Assembly (NCBI GenBank): GCA_018304505.1
Contig: JAGVWA010000009.1
Span: forward strand, 1-26,989
Origin: Nanobdellati archaeon
GTDB lineage: Archaea; B1Sed10-29; JAGVWA01
Reading direction: 5' to 3'
Length of the DNA stretch: 26,989 nucleotides
Shown piece by piece: positions 24,937 to 26,989 of this stretch. Every line of letters starts with the position of its first letter. Position 1 is the stretch's first letter. The notes below the pieces were generated by a model. That model saw nothing but the letters and a program-made list of their open reading frames with translations. It did not search any database and was not told the origin of the DNA. The translations under genes and the position numbers were made by a program.

Positions 24937-25207
24937 ACAATATTTGGGTATTCAGCATATATAAAGGTATGGCTCCAGGGTAACAATTTAGTTACCGTGG
25001 CGCCAGTTTGTAAATGGGGCGTAAATTATGCTACTTGCGTGCAATATGGCGAAGGGCGCGATGTGATGAACCGATAAACTCGGGCTGGTTTGTGAATGCT
25101 TTATAAATAAGAACGTTCATAAACATATCAATCAGTGTGTCACTGTTATTTAGATGCACCCTAGCGATGTTAGGTCTCTTTATGGCAGAGGCACACCTTC
25201 AAGTAAA

Positions 25208-25351
25208 CTATTTTTTGAATATTCCATCATAAACCTTAATTGCAGATTCCAGATTGAATTTTGTTGGCTTGATTAATCCCTGTCTTGCGCACCCTGAAAT
25301 TATATCTGCATACAGAACAGTCTTATTCTCATGTATTGAGCTAGTTCCCGT
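25208..25351 (-). pseudogene. Possible C-terminal gene remnant without a start codon
   Basis: Open stretch TGTSSIHENKTVLYADIISGCARQGLIKPTKFNLESAIKVYDGIFKK preceded by an in-frame TAG. It is loosely like the DUF3800 C-terminal ADxxAG motif. Confidence 0.25.
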
Positions 25352-25398
25352 CTAGTGGTTTTGGGTTTATTTTAGGCGTTGTTTTGTTTTAGAAGTTG

Positions 25399-25641
25399 TT
25401 ATCTAGTAAAGTGTTCCGGCCTGATTTCTTCTTCGAAGCCGTAGAGTATTATCGTGCCAGTTTCTACGTCCTTGACGATCCTGTCTGCGAACGGTCCAAT
25501 GCGGTCTTTGCTGTTTATCAGTGCGTGCTGCATTGTGCGCACAGACTCCCTGTCGCCGTTTCCAAATCGCACTTCATACTCTGGTTCTTGTGCTACCATG
25601 ACTTCGAATTCGTGTATTCCTGTTACGTTTTCATACCACAT
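25399..25641 (-). CDS. Hypothetical protein, 80 aa, Met-Trp start (MWYENVTG)
   Basis: TTTTTATA box and GTGATG RBS-like sequence upstream. Confidence 0.72.
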   Translation of the reverse strand: MWYENVTGIHEFEVMVAQEPEYEVRFGNGDRESVRTMQHALINSKDRIGPFADRIVKDVETGTIILYGFEEEIRPEHFTR

Positions 25642-25736
25642 AAATCATCACTATTGCTATAACTATTCTGCCCAGTGCCATATAAAAAGGTATCTTGCAA
25701 AATGGGTATTTGGCGTTTCCAAAGAAAAAATTAGTA

Positions 25737-26141
25737 TTAACCGGTTTTCTTTACGAGCTCCTCAACATGGGCTTTGATCTTATCCCTGACTTCCTTGTGG
25801 CGCTCCAGCGTGGTGCCTTTTGCGTCCGGCACGTGCCAGAATTCAACCCCATGTTTGTCAACATACTCAGGCAAGTCTGTTTCATCGCACATCACAACGA
25901 TCTTGTCCGCGTTTTTTGTCATGTCTTTGGTTAGCTGCGTGCGTCGGTGTTCCCACATGTCATATCCAGCTTCAAGCATGGCCGCGTTCACCTTGTCCGG
26001 CAGCCGCTCCCCATCAGCACCCTCGTTTTCGACGTGCGTGCCTGCACTCACCGAGCTGTTTTTCATCGAAAGCCGGTTGTAGAACGCCTGCGCGATCTGG
26101 CTCCTGCCCGCATTGGACCTGCACACGAAAAGCACGTTCAT
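25737..26141 (-). CDS. Low-molecular-weight phosphatase / ArsC-like arsenate reductase family protein
   Basis: VCRSNAGRSQIA (CX5R) motif, SAGT, ADKIVVM and WHVPD. Confidence 0.92.
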   Translation of the reverse strand: MNVLFVCRSNAGRSQIAQAFYNRLSMKNSSVSAGTHVENEGADGERLPDKVNAAMLEAGYDMWEHRRTQLTKDMTKNADKIVVMCDETDLPEYVDKHGVEFWHVPDAKGTTLERHKEVRDKIKAHVEELVKKTG

Positions 26142-26247
26142 GAATTGCTTGTGAATGTTGTTGTATATAATCCTTTTTCACTGTGGATGGTTTAAACCCG
26201 CAGGAGTTGCAAAATTGTTAATAAGATGATTGGTCACATGATATTGG

Positions 26248-26825
26248 ATGGAATCAAAAAAAGTATCTGCGCTCGACAGGCTGGTGATTGTTTCCAATAC
26301 GTCGCCATTGATCTGCCTGGCCAACATGGATTCCTTGGATTTGATAAGCAAATACAAGGACGCAACGCTGTACGGCAATGAATTTAGATTTCTCATTCCG
26401 CAAGAAGTTCTTGATGAAGTAAAAAGCCAAAAAGGTAAGGTTAATGAATTCATAAGGAAAAATGATTGTTGCCGAAATTGATTGAGATTCCGGAAGCGGT
26501 AAAGGGGTATGCGAACACTATGGTTTATGAACACTTCACTCAGCATGCGCAACGGAAACCAGAGCACCATTACCCGGAATGTATTGTTATTTATCACGCC
26601 AAAGCACTCAATAGCTTTGCAGTTCTGATAGACGAAAACGCTGCGCGGAGCGTCGCTAAGGCAGAATGCCTAATGGCTTTAAACCACGTTGGTCTACTAA
26701 GAGAAGCCGTCAAGGCTAATTTAGTTTCAAGAGAAAATGCTATGAGGAGATTTAAGCTTGGGTTGAAAAATGGAAATAGATATAAAAACCAAAGGGCAAT
26801 AATTGAGGTATTGGGGGAGTTATAG
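26248..26825 (+). pseudogene. DUF3368-like PIN-domain gene split by a 1-nt frameshift near 26466
   Basis: The first half has IVSNTSPLICLA and IPQEVLDEV; the second half has ECIV, VLIDENAARSVAK and VGLL. The halves are in different frames and overlap by 16 nt. Confidence 0.75.
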
Positions 26826-26989
26826 TGGAACCGATAGAAATAGATCTCAGTAATGATGGCTTATTTGCGTTAGAAGAATTTAGAAAACGGGGAATTGGTA
26901 AGTTTAAGTCAAGTCCTTTTGTTGATGGTTTGCAGGACCTGACGGTGAAGGATTGGGTTAAGTTGCTGTTGTTTTCAGAAAAGCACAGC
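26825..26989 (+). CDS. Partial hypothetical protein (MEPIEIDLSN...), runs off the window
   Basis: GTG overlapping the upstream TAG, GGGGGAG RBS, and 55 open codons to the window end. Confidence 0.6.
   Translation, partial: MEPIEIDLSNDGLFALEEFRKRGIGKFKSSPFVDGLQDLTVKDWVKLLLFSEKHS

Larger units (their letters stand above)
23602..25067 (+). repeat. 22-bp direct repeat ATGGCGAAGGGCGCGATGTGAT (23602-23623 and 25046-25067) bracketing the AbiE module
   Basis: Identical copies read directly; the first copy is the 3' end of the small zinc-protein gene. Confidence 0.88.

Overview
Archaeal chromosomal segment. Evidence: BRE/TATA promoters, GGTGA/GGAGG ribosome-binding sites, GGR lipid reductase, DTD2, translin, PRC-barrel protein and a histone. 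The gene style suggests a DPANN lineage such as Iainarchaeota or Micrarchaeota; this is inference, not a tested placement. I can support about 41 protein genes and one tRNA-Leu(UAG). Housekeeping content includes dtdA, MFS and EamA transporters, a ferredoxin-GGR-rhomboid-NFACT run, and a thymidylate cluster (dUTPase-like gene, thyX, glyA, tmk). Accessory content includes AbrB/PIN and AbiEi/AbiEii toxin-antitoxin pairs, a frameshifted DUF3368-like PIN gene and a large repeat-rich secreted protein. The most striking signal is nine small orphan genes (80-109 aa where complete), all on the minus strand, that begin Met-Trp (ATGTGG); no recognisable gene in the window does. A G-U-rich hairpin upstream of thyX has the loop CCCACA(U), antisense to that start. 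Other notable items: a 58-aa histone missed by the ORF track, an origin-like AT-rich element with 21-bp-periodic repeats, a repeat-rich intergenic region with a candidate ncRNA, and a 22-bp direct repeat flanking the AbiE module. All family assignments come from motif recognition by eye; no searches were run.
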